DNA of 64,000 bases from Alphaproteobacteria bacterium (GTDB lineage: Bacteria > Pseudomonadota > Alphaproteobacteria > Bin95). Location: positions 1 to 64,000 of the forward strand of contig CBDBGH010000001.1 of assembly GCA_965205265.1 (NCBI GenBank), read 5' to 3'. This document shows, piece by piece, positions 8,384 through 17,750 of the stretch (its first letter is position 1; each line of letters starts with the position of its first letter). Position numbers and translations under genes: made by a program. Below the pieces are notes generated by a model. The model searched no databases, had not been told where the DNA came from, and saw only the letters and a program-made list of their open reading frames with translations.

Positions 8384-9261
8384 CCGTCTTTCGCCATCAT
8401 CGCCGACAGCGCGAACCGCCCCAGCTCGGTCCTGCATTGGTCGAGCTTGCGCCGTTGCCAGATGGCGAGACTTCGGTTGAAGGGTTGACATTCGCTCTTT
8501 CCGCTCTCCTGGAGGGACACGGTGTCCCAGTGTTGATTGATCTGGTGGACAAGCGGAATCAACGCGTGTTCCGAGACAAGTCGCATATCGGCCGAGGAAG
8601 GTTCCCGGCCGCTTTCGCGCTGCTCCCTTATCGACTTGATCAGTGCAACGCACGCGACAAGGATCGCCCTTTCGTGGTCCTCAAGGTCCTCTTCAGAACG
8701 CGCCCTTCCAAGTATCTTCCGTTTTCCCAACGCACCCGCGGCAACGCCGGCCCCAAGGCCGCCGGCAGCGAGCAGGAGGCCGCCGCCGGTCACGCCGAGG
8801 CCGACCAGGGACCCGATCCAGTAGAGCTTTGCCGTGGTCGCCGCCGCGCCGGAAAGCGACGCAATCGCGGTTCCTGTCGACGCGATGCCAAAATTTGCAA
8901 CCAGCCCCGCTATTCCGCCGGTGACCGCCACACCGCCCAGCTTCCCGACAATTGCATTGACGGCAATCCGGCCCCGCCTTTCGGATTTCTGCAGAATGGC
9001 CGATACGGTTTCGGTCAGAACCTGTTCGAGGTGTTCGAGCGACGAGGATGCCGGCCTCTTGCCCCGTCCGAATCTCTCGGCGTTTGTCCGGACCCAGGCT
9101 TCGATTGCTTCCGATTCGGGCAATCGCTGCCTGAGACGGGCATTTTGTTCCCGACCCCAGTCAAGTGCTCGTTCAGCCTGTGCCTTCGACCTGATGATGG
9201 ATACGGTCATTTCGGCAGCTTCCCTCACTCGGATCAGGATTTCCTTGCGAGCCAATTTCAT
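8377..9261 (-). CDS. Glycine-zipper membrane protein (hypothetical)
   Basis: Helical N-terminus, then a long hydrophobic GGVAVTGGIAG...ASTGTAIASLSGAAATTAKLYWIG...GGGLLLAAGGLGAGVAAG. RBS GAAAGGGA. Confidence 0.7.
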   Translation of the reverse strand: MKLARKEILIRVREAAEMTVSIIRSKAQAERALDWGREQNARLRQRLPESEAIEAWVRTNAERFGRGKRPASSSLEHLEQVLTETVSAILQKSERRGRIAVNAIVGKLGGVAVTGGIAGLVANFGIASTGTAIASLSGAAATTAKLYWIGSLVGLGVTGGGLLLAAGGLGAGVAAGALGKRKILGRARSEEDLEDHERAILVACVALIKSIREQRESGREPSSADMRLVSEHALIPLVHQINQHWDTVSLQESGKSECQPFNRSLAIWQRRKLDQCRTELGRFALSAMMAKDGC

Positions 9262-9675
9262 GGTCAATGTCCCTTTCTCGTAAAGTCACTCCGGCACCGC
9301 CGCGGAACTCCGACGGCTCAGGCATCCTGAGCTTGACATTGGCACTTGTTCCGCCGCGCAAATTTCACATTCTGGCGACCTCTGGAAGAGGTTTGAATCG
9401 CATTTCATTCGATTGCCACTGGTTGCTCCATGCCGGATCGCGGCCGGTTTCCGATGCCACTTCCTCACGCGAAAGTGCCTTGAACGACGCAGGAGAAATG
9501 CATCTGTTCGACGAACAGGATGGTTGAACGACACCAAGCGACCTGAATTGACAAACATTCCCAAAGCATAAGTTGCAACAGGTTCGGGAATCCTGCAAGA
9601 CCAGCCCGGTTCACTGCCCTTGAATCGTGACTCGGTCCGGCCTGAGCACGGCATGAACCGAAACGCGGAGGAACG

Positions 9676-10332
9676 ATGGCAGGTCAGATTCACGAGGGCG
9701 AAACCCTGAGCGATATGGACAATCCACTGCGTCCTCGCCTGCTCTTCAAGACCATCACGTTCTCGGACGGGACCAAACTGACTCTGGAAGAGGATGACAT
9801 TGTCGTGTTCGTTGGGCCAAACAATGCAGGCAAGAGTGCCGCGTTGCGTGAACTAAACTCTTGGGTTGGAAGGTCCGAGCCCGGATTTGTCGTAAGGAAA
9901 GCCGAACTTCTCAAGGAAGGGAACAGTGAGAGCCTGAGGGCCTATCTGGAAGCCAATGCGCAGAAGAACGGCGACATAGGAAATATCCATTACGGCGGGA
10001 TCGGGTACAATGTCCACCACTCCCACCTCCAGTGTTTTGACCAGTCGGCTGACCGGCATCCGGTGGCACCGTTCTTTGCCAAGCGCCTGGTCACTGAAGG
10101 CCGGATAACGGACTCCAACGCAGCGCCTGCCGTCGCGCTTTACCACGACCCGCCGTCCCACCCCATCCACCTTCTTCTCATGGACGAGAACCTTGCAAAG
10201 GACATCAGCGAGAAATTCAGGCACGCATTCGGCGAGGATCTGATTCCGTTCCGTGCGGGCGGCAGCAAGTTCCCGTTGTATGTCAGTCGCAAGCCAAGTG
10301 TCGGGTCGATTCTGGCTGAAAAGGATGCCTGA
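9676..10332 (+). pseudogene. ABC/AAA_21-type ATPase of OLD/ATP-dependent nuclease family, C-terminally truncated
   Basis: IVVFVGPNNAGKS Walker A. No Walker B before the ORF stops inside a miniature Tn3-like element. Confidence 0.7.
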
Positions 10333-10406
10333 CGTCAAGTCTCGACCCGCAAAACGGTGGCCAAAATCCTTAAAGGGGTTTTCTGCACTCAGCCAGAATC
10401 GACCCG
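10302..10406. mobile_element. 105-bp miniature Tn3-derived element
   Basis: 38-bp ends CGGGTCGATTCTGGCTGAAAAGGATGCCTGACGTCAAG and (revcomp) CGGGTCGATTCTGGCTGAGTGCAGAAAACCCCTTTAAG, with 18 bp perfectly inverted. No clean target duplication. Confidence 0.75.
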
Positions 10407-11039
10407 TGTTTGCAAGCCGCTATAGGTAGGGGGGTGCCCGGTCAGTCTCCCAAACTCATACATATGCGCCTTTCCATCGCGTTCTTCATGCATGTGCACA
10501 AGATAGAACCCTTCCTGACCCACCAACCGAATCTTGTGACAGGCGAGAAGTTCCATGATCTTGCTTTCCCAAGTCGGTCCTTCCTTCCAAAGCGCCTGAT
10601 AATCAGCTTTCTCGCCCAATGGGTTGTCAGCGTGCATGAGTTTGCCGCAACGATTGTAAAACTGGGCAAACTCATCGCGGCCAAGAAACCCGCCTGGCTT
10701 TTCAATGAGTTGTACCTTCACATCCGGATGCTCGGATGGCGCTTCAATAATCGGGACTGGATAGAAATCCGGATTAATTTCCTCGACGCGCTTCAGTATC
10801 GTATCCCCGTTCCACTGTTTACCCAGCTTTCTTCGGCTGTTGTTCATCAGTTCCATGGCTTGGCTGTTCGCCACTAGCGATGACATGGCGATGAGTTCTA
10901 AAACCTTGCGAAACTGGAGATAAATGCATTCCGTCGCAATCTCATTTGGGGAAAAAATTTCCGAAATCTTCTTGATCGCTGCCATCCGCCGCTTGATCTC
11001 TTCCATTTGAGTGATGTAATCATTCAGCAAGATTTCCAT
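10389..11039 (-). CDS. Conserved hypothetical helical protein (possibly HEPN-like)
   Basis: Low-GC 216-aa ORF with YLQFRKVLELIA...FYP...YNRCGKLMHADNP. Its stop lies in the MITE IR. Confidence 0.65.
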   Translation of the reverse strand: MEILLNDYITQMEEIKRRMAAIKKISEIFSPNEIATECIYLQFRKVLELIAMSSLVANSQAMELMNNSRRKLGKQWNGDTILKRVEEINPDFYPVPIIEAPSEHPDVKVQLIEKPGGFLGRDEFAQFYNRCGKLMHADNPLGEKADYQALWKEGPTWESKIMELLACHKIRLVGQEGFYLVHMHEERDGKAHMYEFGRLTGHPPTYSGLQTRVDSG

Positions 11040-11104
11040 GCATCTTCTCCAACTCTAAGGCTTCGGTCGCTTTCAACTCGTCGATCCGAATCTGCATCTT
11101 CGCT

Positions 11105-11126
11105 CCCCCCCCCCCCCCCCCCCCCC
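11105..11126. repeat. Poly-C tract (22 nt)
   Basis: Directly visible homopolymer. Confidence 0.9.
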
Positions 11127-11471
11127 GCAATTTCCGCCCTCGCGCCTCGCCAAGAATATCCCGGTTTCCGGTTCGGATCCGCATCAACTGGTTGCAGCGT
11201 CATACCACCGCCGCGCCCCTGCTCCCAGACGTAATCCTGTTTGAAGGCCCTGGCCCCGGTGAGCACCCGCATGACCCGCCCGTATTCCATGTACATCACG
11301 ACATTCCCTCACGCACGGCCAGTCGCCGAATTCGCAGAATTCGGTTGACGGAGGTTTCGACCATACCCACACGTGCGCAGATTTCCCGGGTGCTGATACC
11401 AAACCAAATAAAGATTCAAGAACAAAAATAGAACATCATGCTGCGTGTGATCGGTGGCGCCGTCCTATATT

Positions 11472-11520
11472 GGCCTAAACCCAACAATGTTACTTTACGT
11501 TCCTTTGTTGGGTTTAGGCC
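11472..11520. mobile_element. 49-bp palindrome made of Tn3-family (Tn3000/ISXc4-like) end sequences
   Basis: GGCCTAAACCCAACAA...TTGTTGGGTTTAGGCC. The right 33 bp recur at about 20006-20038 and 24309-24341, after a resolvase gene. Confidence 0.65.
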
Positions 11521-11561
11521 CATGATGCAAAACAACGATTTGGCAGATCGGAGCAGTATCA

Positions 11562-12215
11562 ATGACCTACAAGATTGGGATGGTGTCCCAAAAAGGCGGC
11601 GTCGGAAAATCCACGCTCGCCCGCATGATGGCGCGAGAGTTCGTCGCTGGTGGCTTGTCCACCAAAATCGCAGACCTCGACACACGCCAACAAACCTGCA
11701 CCCATTGGGCAGGACGGCGCGCCGAGAATGGCGTGACGCCTGAAATCCAGATACAGAGCTTTGCATCGGTAAAGACCGCGCTCGAAGATGGACCGCGCCT
11801 TGACACACTGATCATCGACGGCAGGCCCAATGCCTCGGAGCAAGCCTATGAGATCACCAAAGCCCCCAATCTCATCGTGATTCCGACCGGCCAAACGGTC
11901 GATGACCTGCATCCTGGCGTCATCCTGGCGCATGCGCTTCGCAAGAAGGGCATCGCAACGGAGAAGATCGCCTTTGCCATGTTCAAGACAACGGGAAGCG
12001 AGCGTGAGAACGCCGCCGTGCGTCAATATCTCGAGCAGGCCGGTTACGCCGTTCTCGATGGCGAAGTTTCCGTTTCAACAGCCTATGGCTCGGCCTCTGA
12101 CATTGGCAAGGCCATTACCGAAACCTCGTTCCGCACGCTGAATGATCGTGCGTCGAAGCTGGCGCAAAGCGTAATCGACATGATGGCCGAGCTCGGCGAA
12201 AGGCAGGTGGCGTGA
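11562..12215 (+). CDS. parA: ParA-family partition ATPase (short, type Ib)
   Basis: SQKGGVGKST deviant Walker A, ADLDTRQ, LIIDG. Confidence 0.92.
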   Translation: MTYKIGMVSQKGGVGKSTLARMMAREFVAGGLSTKIADLDTRQQTCTHWAGRRAENGVTPEIQIQSFASVKTALEDGPRLDTLIIDGRPNASEQAYEITKAPNLIVIPTGQTVDDLHPGVILAHALRKKGIATEKIAFAMFKTTGSERENAAVRQYLEQAGYAVLDGEVSVSTAYGSASDIGKAITETSFRTLNDRASKLAQSVIDMMAELGERQVA

Positions 12216-12475
12216 TGGGAACCAATATTGCAAAACTCAAAAGTGGGAAGGGTGCACCGCCTCCAGCCGATAAAGCCCCTGATGTGATCGCAACCGACAC
12301 ACGGGAATCGAAAGAGCCGCTGCAACCGTTACAGGTGCGGATTCCGCAAAGCACCTTCGAAGAGTTCTCGGAAAGGGCAGGGCGCGAGTTCGGCTTTAGC
12401 CAAGGCGCAAAGAAGCAGCTTTTCCTCAAGATGTGGGAAGCATACAAAGCGTACAACATGAAAGCATGTCGATAA
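12212..12475 (+). CDS. Small ParG-like/ribbon-helix-helix partition partner
   Basis: Coupled to parA (GTGA). Flexible N-terminus, then PLQVRIPQSTFEEF RHH-like pattern. Confidence 0.7.
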   Translation: MMGTNIAKLKSGKGAPPPADKAPDVIATDTRESKEPLQPLQVRIPQSTFEEFSERAGREFGFSQGAKKQLFLKMWEAYKAYNMKACR

Positions 12476-12999
12476 TCACACTAAAATCGCAAGCTGATAT
12501 TCACAAAGTCCTGAAACGTATTGAGGACAGTGCTGCGTGTGCGCAAGAAGCTCTCGCAGCATTACCACCTTCACCGCTCCAAGCTTTGGAAGCTATCAAG
12601 TTCCAGCGCATCGGCTCGCACCCATTGGACGACCGGCCGCTCAACCTCATCGAGCAAGTGAACCAGACGTTCACCTATCTCGTTGCGGTGAAAGCGGCCG
12701 GTCTGCTCATGCAATGGCATCCAGAAGCAAAGGGATTCAGACTTGCACCTGGCGCACATGCACCAAAAGGCACTCTCGATGTGGAAAGTCTGGAGCCTGG
12801 ACTTGTCGGCGCGGAGACATTTGCGGCCGTGAGACCAGAGAACAATCAAAAACTGGAAGACGACTTGGCAAAGCTAGAGAGCCGCCCCGAGAGCCATCGC
12901 TATGTGTTCTTCATGTCGCCCATGTTCCCCAAGACAGAACGTCTGCATTCTAAAGAGCGAGAAGGTGTGAAAGTCTACTCAATAGCGCTAGAAGCATGA
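12466..12999 (+). CDS. Hypothetical protein (possible restriction-endonuclease-like fold)
   Basis: Clean 177-aa ORF with LNLIEQVNQTFT, LDVES...AETFAAV...NNQKL. Confidence 0.6.
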   Translation: MSIITLKSQADIHKVLKRIEDSAACAQEALAALPPSPLQALEAIKFQRIGSHPLDDRPLNLIEQVNQTFTYLVAVKAAGLLMQWHPEAKGFRLAPGAHAPKGTLDVESLEPGLVGAETFAAVRPENNQKLEDDLAKLESRPESHRYVFFMSPMFPKTERLHSKEREGVKVYSIALEA

Positions 13000-13061
13000 A
13001 AGCATGTAACGCGCTAATGCGCCTCATGCTAAACGGACCAAAGCTGCATATATGGGAAGTA

Positions 13062-13097
13062 GGGTTCATCCCAACAAAGGTCCCGAAAGTCCCACAG
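13062..13097 (+). repeat. Orphan Tn3-family-like terminal repeat
   Basis: GGGTTCATCCCAACAAAGGTCCCGAAAGTCCCACAG resembles GGCCTAAACCCAACAAAGGAACGTAAAGTAACATAG (revcomp of 20003-20038). Confidence 0.45.
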
Positions 13098-13159
13098 GAT
13101 TTCCGGCTTTGGACTGATGTGACGGGCTTTTTGGCGCATTGGCCTCTCCCGAGCGGCGG

Positions 13160-13580
13160 GGATCAAAGGCGTGGAACACGCGAATGGGCTTTCCGCCGCC
13201 CTGAACGCGAAGCTCCCGCATGTGACCGTGCCGCGAACCCTTTATCCCCGAGCATTGGGGATACGGCAGTCCGGGCCCCTGCCTACAGGCAGCTCCACCA
13301 CCGCGGGAACGTCCCCATAAGCGTTAACCTGTTCTTCGGACAGGGACTGAATGGCTTCGAATCCTCCATCCCACTGGCCCGAATGGCCAACGAAAGGAGG
13401 GAAACCGGTGAGACCTGCGGATGAATCGACCTTTTGACTGCTTTTTTGGACATTGAAACGTGTCGCAACATGCGGCGACAAAACAGGTTAACGCTTATGG
13501 GGAACGTCCCCCCGTTCGCTCACCGCGGGCGTCTCCCACCAGTCCCCGAACTCGCTCGTATATTCGACGCTCCAGACCAT
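13160..13580 (-). pseudogene. HigB/RelE (Gp49-like) toxin copy interrupted by a MITE
   Basis: Near-identical to 35642-35867, split at 13316-13499. Confidence 0.8.
13316..13499. mobile_element. 184-bp non-autonomous IS4-family (IS231/IS186-like) element
   Basis: 18-bp IR CATAAGCGTTAACCTGTT. 11-bp target duplication GGGAACGTCCC at 13305-13315 and 13500-13510. Confidence 0.85.
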
Positions 13581-13629
13581 GACCCATGGTGTTGCGTCGA
13601 TGGAATGCCATCAGGTCACAAAACGACAC

Positions 13630-13721
13630 CCCACTTCCATTCCGAAGTGCAACACTGGCCCCCTGGCGCCGGTGATTCCGGGCCCGGGACGGCTGGAGTC
13701 CCTTCGCGGGAGAGCCTATCG
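13630..13721. repeat. Partial copy of the IS30-family element end
   Basis: Matches 33640-33782 with an internal deletion; cut by the Tn3 IR after ...GAGAGCCTATCG. Confidence 0.75.
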
Positions 13722-13754
13722 GGGGTCGAGTGCCGGAAGGGGCGAAAAACCCCT

Positions 13755-16658
13755 TCAGGCGATTTCGGCTCCCTCTCCAGGCCAGATGTACTGGCCGATG
13801 AGAAGGATATGCTCCCATCCGAGGGGCGAGATATGCGCGAGCAGTTTATCAGGCGTTTCCAGACCCGCGCGCCTGCGCTGCATGACGGCCGCGCCGAGCT
13901 GCCGCGTGTTCCAGAATATGATTATCGCCGTCAGCAGGTTCAGGCCGGCGAGACGGAAGTGCTGGCTCTCGGTTGTCCGGTCCCGGATCTCGCCCTGGCG
14001 GCCGATCCGCAACGCGTTCTTCAGGGCATGGTGTGATTCGCCCTTGTTGAGGCCGATACTGGCCCGTCGCTGCATGTCGGTATCCAGCGCCCATTCAATC
14101 ATGAACAGCGTCCGCTCGATCCGTCCGACCTCCCGCAGCGCTATGGCCAGGTCGTGCTGGCGCGGCCGGGCCGACAGCTGCTTCAGCATCTGGCTCGGCG
14201 GTACCTTGCCGGAGAGCATCGTGGCGGTGCAGCGAAGCACATCGGACCAGTTGTCGATGACCGTCATTTCCCGGATTCTGTCCCCGGTCACGCCTTTGAG
14301 TTCTTTTGGGACGCTTCCGGGATCGAAGACGTGGAACCTCTTGGATGGCAGGTCCCGGATGCGGGGGATGAAGAGATAGCCCAGCAGCGAGCTGGCCGCG
14401 AACACGAGATCGGTGAACCCGCCCGTGTCCGTGTAGTGTTCCCTGATCCGCTTTCCGGTCTCGGTCAGGCACAGGCCGTCCAGAATGTACGGCGCCTCGC
14501 TCACCGTGGAGGGTATGGCGGCGATCCAGAAAGGTCCGAACTGATCGGACAGATGGGTGTAGGCTTTCAGTCCCGCATCCTGACCGTATCTGGCGTTGAC
14601 CAGGTTCATGGCCTCGCCCTGGCGCGCGGCCGGAAAGAACTGCCCGTCGCTGGATGAGGTCCGGCCCGAGCCCCAGTGCCGGGCCATGGGCAGTCTGGAC
14701 TGCGCCTCGATCACCATGGCCAAGGCCTGGTTGATCGCCCCGTTCTCGACGTGCCAGCGCGACAGGCGGGACAGCTGGAGATAGTCATGCGAACTGGTCG
14801 CCTCGGCCATCTTGCTCAGGCCAAGGTTCAGCCCTTCCGCCAGCAGGACATTCAGCAGCCCGATCCTGTCCCTGCAGGGGGTGCCCGTGCGCAGATGCGT
14901 GAAAGGCTCGGTGAAGCCCGTCGCGCTGTCCACGTCGAGAAGGATATCCGTGATCCGGGCATTGGGCAGACGCCGGTACAGATCGCGGACCAGCTCACCG
15001 GCCTCTTCGGGCACATCGGCCTTCAGGCGCTCGATTCGCAGCTCGCCGGCTTCGATGATGCCGTTGGGAAGGGCGCCGTTCCTGACCGCCGCCGCGAGAC
15101 GGGCCAGTCCATCCTCAAGCCGGCGTCTGCGATCCCTGATCCAGGCGCCGGGTTCCAGTGGAATCGTGAGTTCCGGCATGGCCTGCGCCACCTCGACCGG
15201 CACGAGCACCTGTCTTGTGTCGGCATACCGGCGGGCATGTGCCAGCCAGATGTCGTTGGACCGGAAGGCTTCACGCAGATGGCACATCACCGCCACGGTC
15301 CAAAGCCGCTCCATGTCGGTTTCCGGCTTTCGCATCTGTTCCCGCCACTTTGACCGGGGTGCCAGGAAAGGCATCGACCGGGAGGGAATGTCCAGCCCGT
15401 CCCGGATAATGGCTGCGGCATCGAGCAGGGGCTGGGCCGCGGTACCGCCCCTGATATCCAGCGCGTTCAGCATGCGTCTCGCATAGAGCCTGAAACTGTG
15501 GAACCCCTTCACGATATGGTCCAGGGGCTCGGCCTTGGCGGTCTGCCCCAGTCTGGTGGCCTTGGCGACAAGCGTCCCCAGCCCGTCCCAGCCGCAGGAC
15601 GCGTCAACCGCGCCGGTCAGGGCCGCGTCATCGCCCCTTGCCAGCAGCAGCGCCGCGCCCAGCGATCCAAAACCGGCCAGTGTGCCGGAGATGTCCGCCT
15701 GCGCCTCCCTGACCCGAAGTTCACAGTGTTTCCTCGCCTCCCGCCATGCCCGGCCCACGATCCGGTCATGTGTTTCGACGACGACATCCGCAATGGAAGC
15801 GCGCCACTCCACGACGCAGGTGGCCAGAATGGCGAGGCGGCGGTCACCGGTGATCTCCTGAAGACCGCCCGTGAAGTACCGTTCGCCCTGGCGCCGCAGG
15901 CGTTTGATCCGGTGGGGTGGGATATCATCAAGGACCGCGGGCGGGAGGTCGATCCCCTGCAGGAACTCCAGCCGGTCGAGCTGGCGGTTGAGATCGGCCG
16001 TGTTTCGACCCACCTCGAACTGGCGCAGCCAGACGAATCTGCTGATCCTGCCATCCGCGTCCTCGTTGATGAGGCTGTCAAGGCGGTCGCGCATCCCGCC
16101 TTTCAGGCGAGCGACGATCCGGGCGTCGATCCGGCGCTCGGCGGAGACCAGGGCACCGGCGCACAGCCTCTCGATGGTCGAGATGCCGGGCAGGATTATC
16201 CGCTGACGCCGGCATTCCGCCACGAAGTCACTCACGAGGCCTTCGTTTGATTCCGCCGCTTCGGCCTGCTGGCCGATCCAGGATTTCATCCTCTTCGCCC
16301 GCTTGCCCGTGAACATCCTGTACCCGTAAATCCCGCGCAGGGCCGAGAGATGCTCGTACCTGGTGTTCTCGCGGCTTGCGTATGGCAGAAGATCCTCCGT
16401 CCTCAGCCCGATCTGGGCGGCGACGAAACTGGACAGGGCTTCGGGGATCAGTTCGCCCGGCCTCAACAGCCGCCCCGGATAGCGGAACGCGCAGAGCTGC
16501 AGCGCGAAACCGATCTGGTTTTCCGGTCTCCGTCGTAACCGGATGTGTTCGATGTCGTCATCCGCCAAGGTATAGTGACGCAGCAGGGACGCCCCGTCAG
16601 AGGGCAGGTCGAAGAGAGAGGCCCGCTGGCGGGCCGTCAGGACATTGCGTCTTGGCAT
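13755..16658 (-). CDS. tnpA: Tn3-family transposase
   Basis: 967 aa with SSSDGQ, HYTDTGG and LNKGE DDE motifs and a GWEHI C-terminus. Confidence 0.95.
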   Translation of the reverse strand: MPRRNVLTARQRASLFDLPSDGASLLRHYTLADDDIEHIRLRRRPENQIGFALQLCAFRYPGRLLRPGELIPEALSSFVAAQIGLRTEDLLPYASRENTRYEHLSALRGIYGYRMFTGKRAKRMKSWIGQQAEAAESNEGLVSDFVAECRRQRIILPGISTIERLCAGALVSAERRIDARIVARLKGGMRDRLDSLINEDADGRISRFVWLRQFEVGRNTADLNRQLDRLEFLQGIDLPPAVLDDIPPHRIKRLRRQGERYFTGGLQEITGDRRLAILATCVVEWRASIADVVVETHDRIVGRAWREARKHCELRVREAQADISGTLAGFGSLGAALLLARGDDAALTGAVDASCGWDGLGTLVAKATRLGQTAKAEPLDHIVKGFHSFRLYARRMLNALDIRGGTAAQPLLDAAAIIRDGLDIPSRSMPFLAPRSKWREQMRKPETDMERLWTVAVMCHLREAFRSNDIWLAHARRYADTRQVLVPVEVAQAMPELTIPLEPGAWIRDRRRRLEDGLARLAAAVRNGALPNGIIEAGELRIERLKADVPEEAGELVRDLYRRLPNARITDILLDVDSATGFTEPFTHLRTGTPCRDRIGLLNVLLAEGLNLGLSKMAEATSSHDYLQLSRLSRWHVENGAINQALAMVIEAQSRLPMARHWGSGRTSSSDGQFFPAARQGEAMNLVNARYGQDAGLKAYTHLSDQFGPFWIAAIPSTVSEAPYILDGLCLTETGKRIREHYTDTGGFTDLVFAASSLLGYLFIPRIRDLPSKRFHVFDPGSVPKELKGVTGDRIREMTVIDNWSDVLRCTATMLSGKVPPSQMLKQLSARPRQHDLAIALREVGRIERTLFMIEWALDTDMQRRASIGLNKGESHHALKNALRIGRQGEIRDRTTESQHFRLAGLNLLTAIIIFWNTRQLGAAVMQRRRAGLETPDKLLAHISPLGWEHILLIGQYIWPGEGAEIA

Positions 16659-16751
16659 TCAGTCTGTCCTCCTTGAAGGGTGGTCTGTCAGGGACGGTTG
16701 CCCTATGATGGATTTCAATGGGTTACACACCGAAAATCCAGTGGGGTTCAA

Positions 16752-17357
16752 ATGGGACGGTCAGCCGCCATCTACGCCCGTGTCTCGACCGCCGACCAGA
16801 GCTGCGACCGGCAGGTCGCCGACCTGAAGGGATTCGCCCGTCGCTGCGGTTATGAGGTTGTCGGGGTTTTCGAGGAAACCGCTTCGGGAGCCTCGGCCTC
16901 CCGCCGCCTCCGCAGGCAGGTGATCGACCTTGCCCAGGCCCGCCGGATCGACGCCATCCTCGTGACCGAGCTCTCCCGGTGGGGGCGGTCGACCCGGGAT
17001 CTGCTCGCCACCCTGGAAATGCTATCGGGCTGGAATGTCTCACTGGTCGCGATGCACGGCCTGACATTCGAACTGGACACCCCGCACGGACGGATGATGG
17101 CCACAATGCTGGCGGGCATCGCGCAGTTCGAGCGCGACCTGCTGGGCGAGCGCGTCAGGTCAGGACTGGCGGCGGCGAAGGCGCGGGGAAAGAAACTCGG
17201 TCGCCAGCCCGGGCAGAGACCGAAATCGGACAGGCTCGCGCCGAAGGTCATCCGGGCCGTCGGGGAGGGCCGGAGCTACCGATGGATCGCGCACGACCTC
17301 GGAATCAGCAAGAACACCGTGCTTGAAATCATGAAACGGCATCGGGCAAGTCCTTAA
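16752..17357 (+). CDS. tnpR: Serine resolvase
   Basis: AAIYARVSTADQ, ELSRWGRS, GRQPG and a C-terminal HTH. Confidence 0.92.
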   Translation: MGRSAAIYARVSTADQSCDRQVADLKGFARRCGYEVVGVFEETASGASASRRLRRQVIDLAQARRIDAILVTELSRWGRSTRDLLATLEMLSGWNVSLVAMHGLTFELDTPHGRMMATMLAGIAQFERDLLGERVRSGLAAAKARGKKLGRQPGQRPKSDRLAPKVIRAVGEGRSYRWIAHDLGISKNTVLEIMKRHRASP

Positions 17358-17750
17358 CGGGGTTTTTCGCCCCTTCCGGCACTCGACCCGACACTGCGGA
17401 GAGCGGGCGACCGCAAGGCCGCTTTCGCCGCAGCGCCTTCTTTCCTTCAGTTCCCCGTGCTACCATCCAGGGACTATGTCCAGCCCTGATCGACTGATTC
17501 CCACCGCCTCGGCGGTCACCCTCACCGGCATACGGCGGACCGGTCATCAGCCATCGCATCTACATCCGTCGTCATGGACAATCCTCCGGTCACGTTGAAT
17601 GGACCGGGAATCCTCCCCCGAGGCGGCATGGGCGTCATTTGGGGTATACCCGTAATGACGCTCCCGATGAACAGGTGAACAGGCCGTTCCTGTGTCTGTT
17701 CTGGGCCTGAATCGGGATAATGGACAGATCATGTCGAGGGCACACCCGGA

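Larger units (their letters stand above)
13722..17390. mobile_element. Tn3-family transposon (divergent tnpA-res-tnpR), apparently complete
   Basis: 38-bp IRs GGGGTCGAGTGCCGGAAGGGGCGAAAAACCCCTTCAGG and (revcomp) CGGGTCGAGTGCCGGAAGGGGCGAAAAACCCCGTTAAG. No 5-bp target duplication. Confidence 0.9.
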
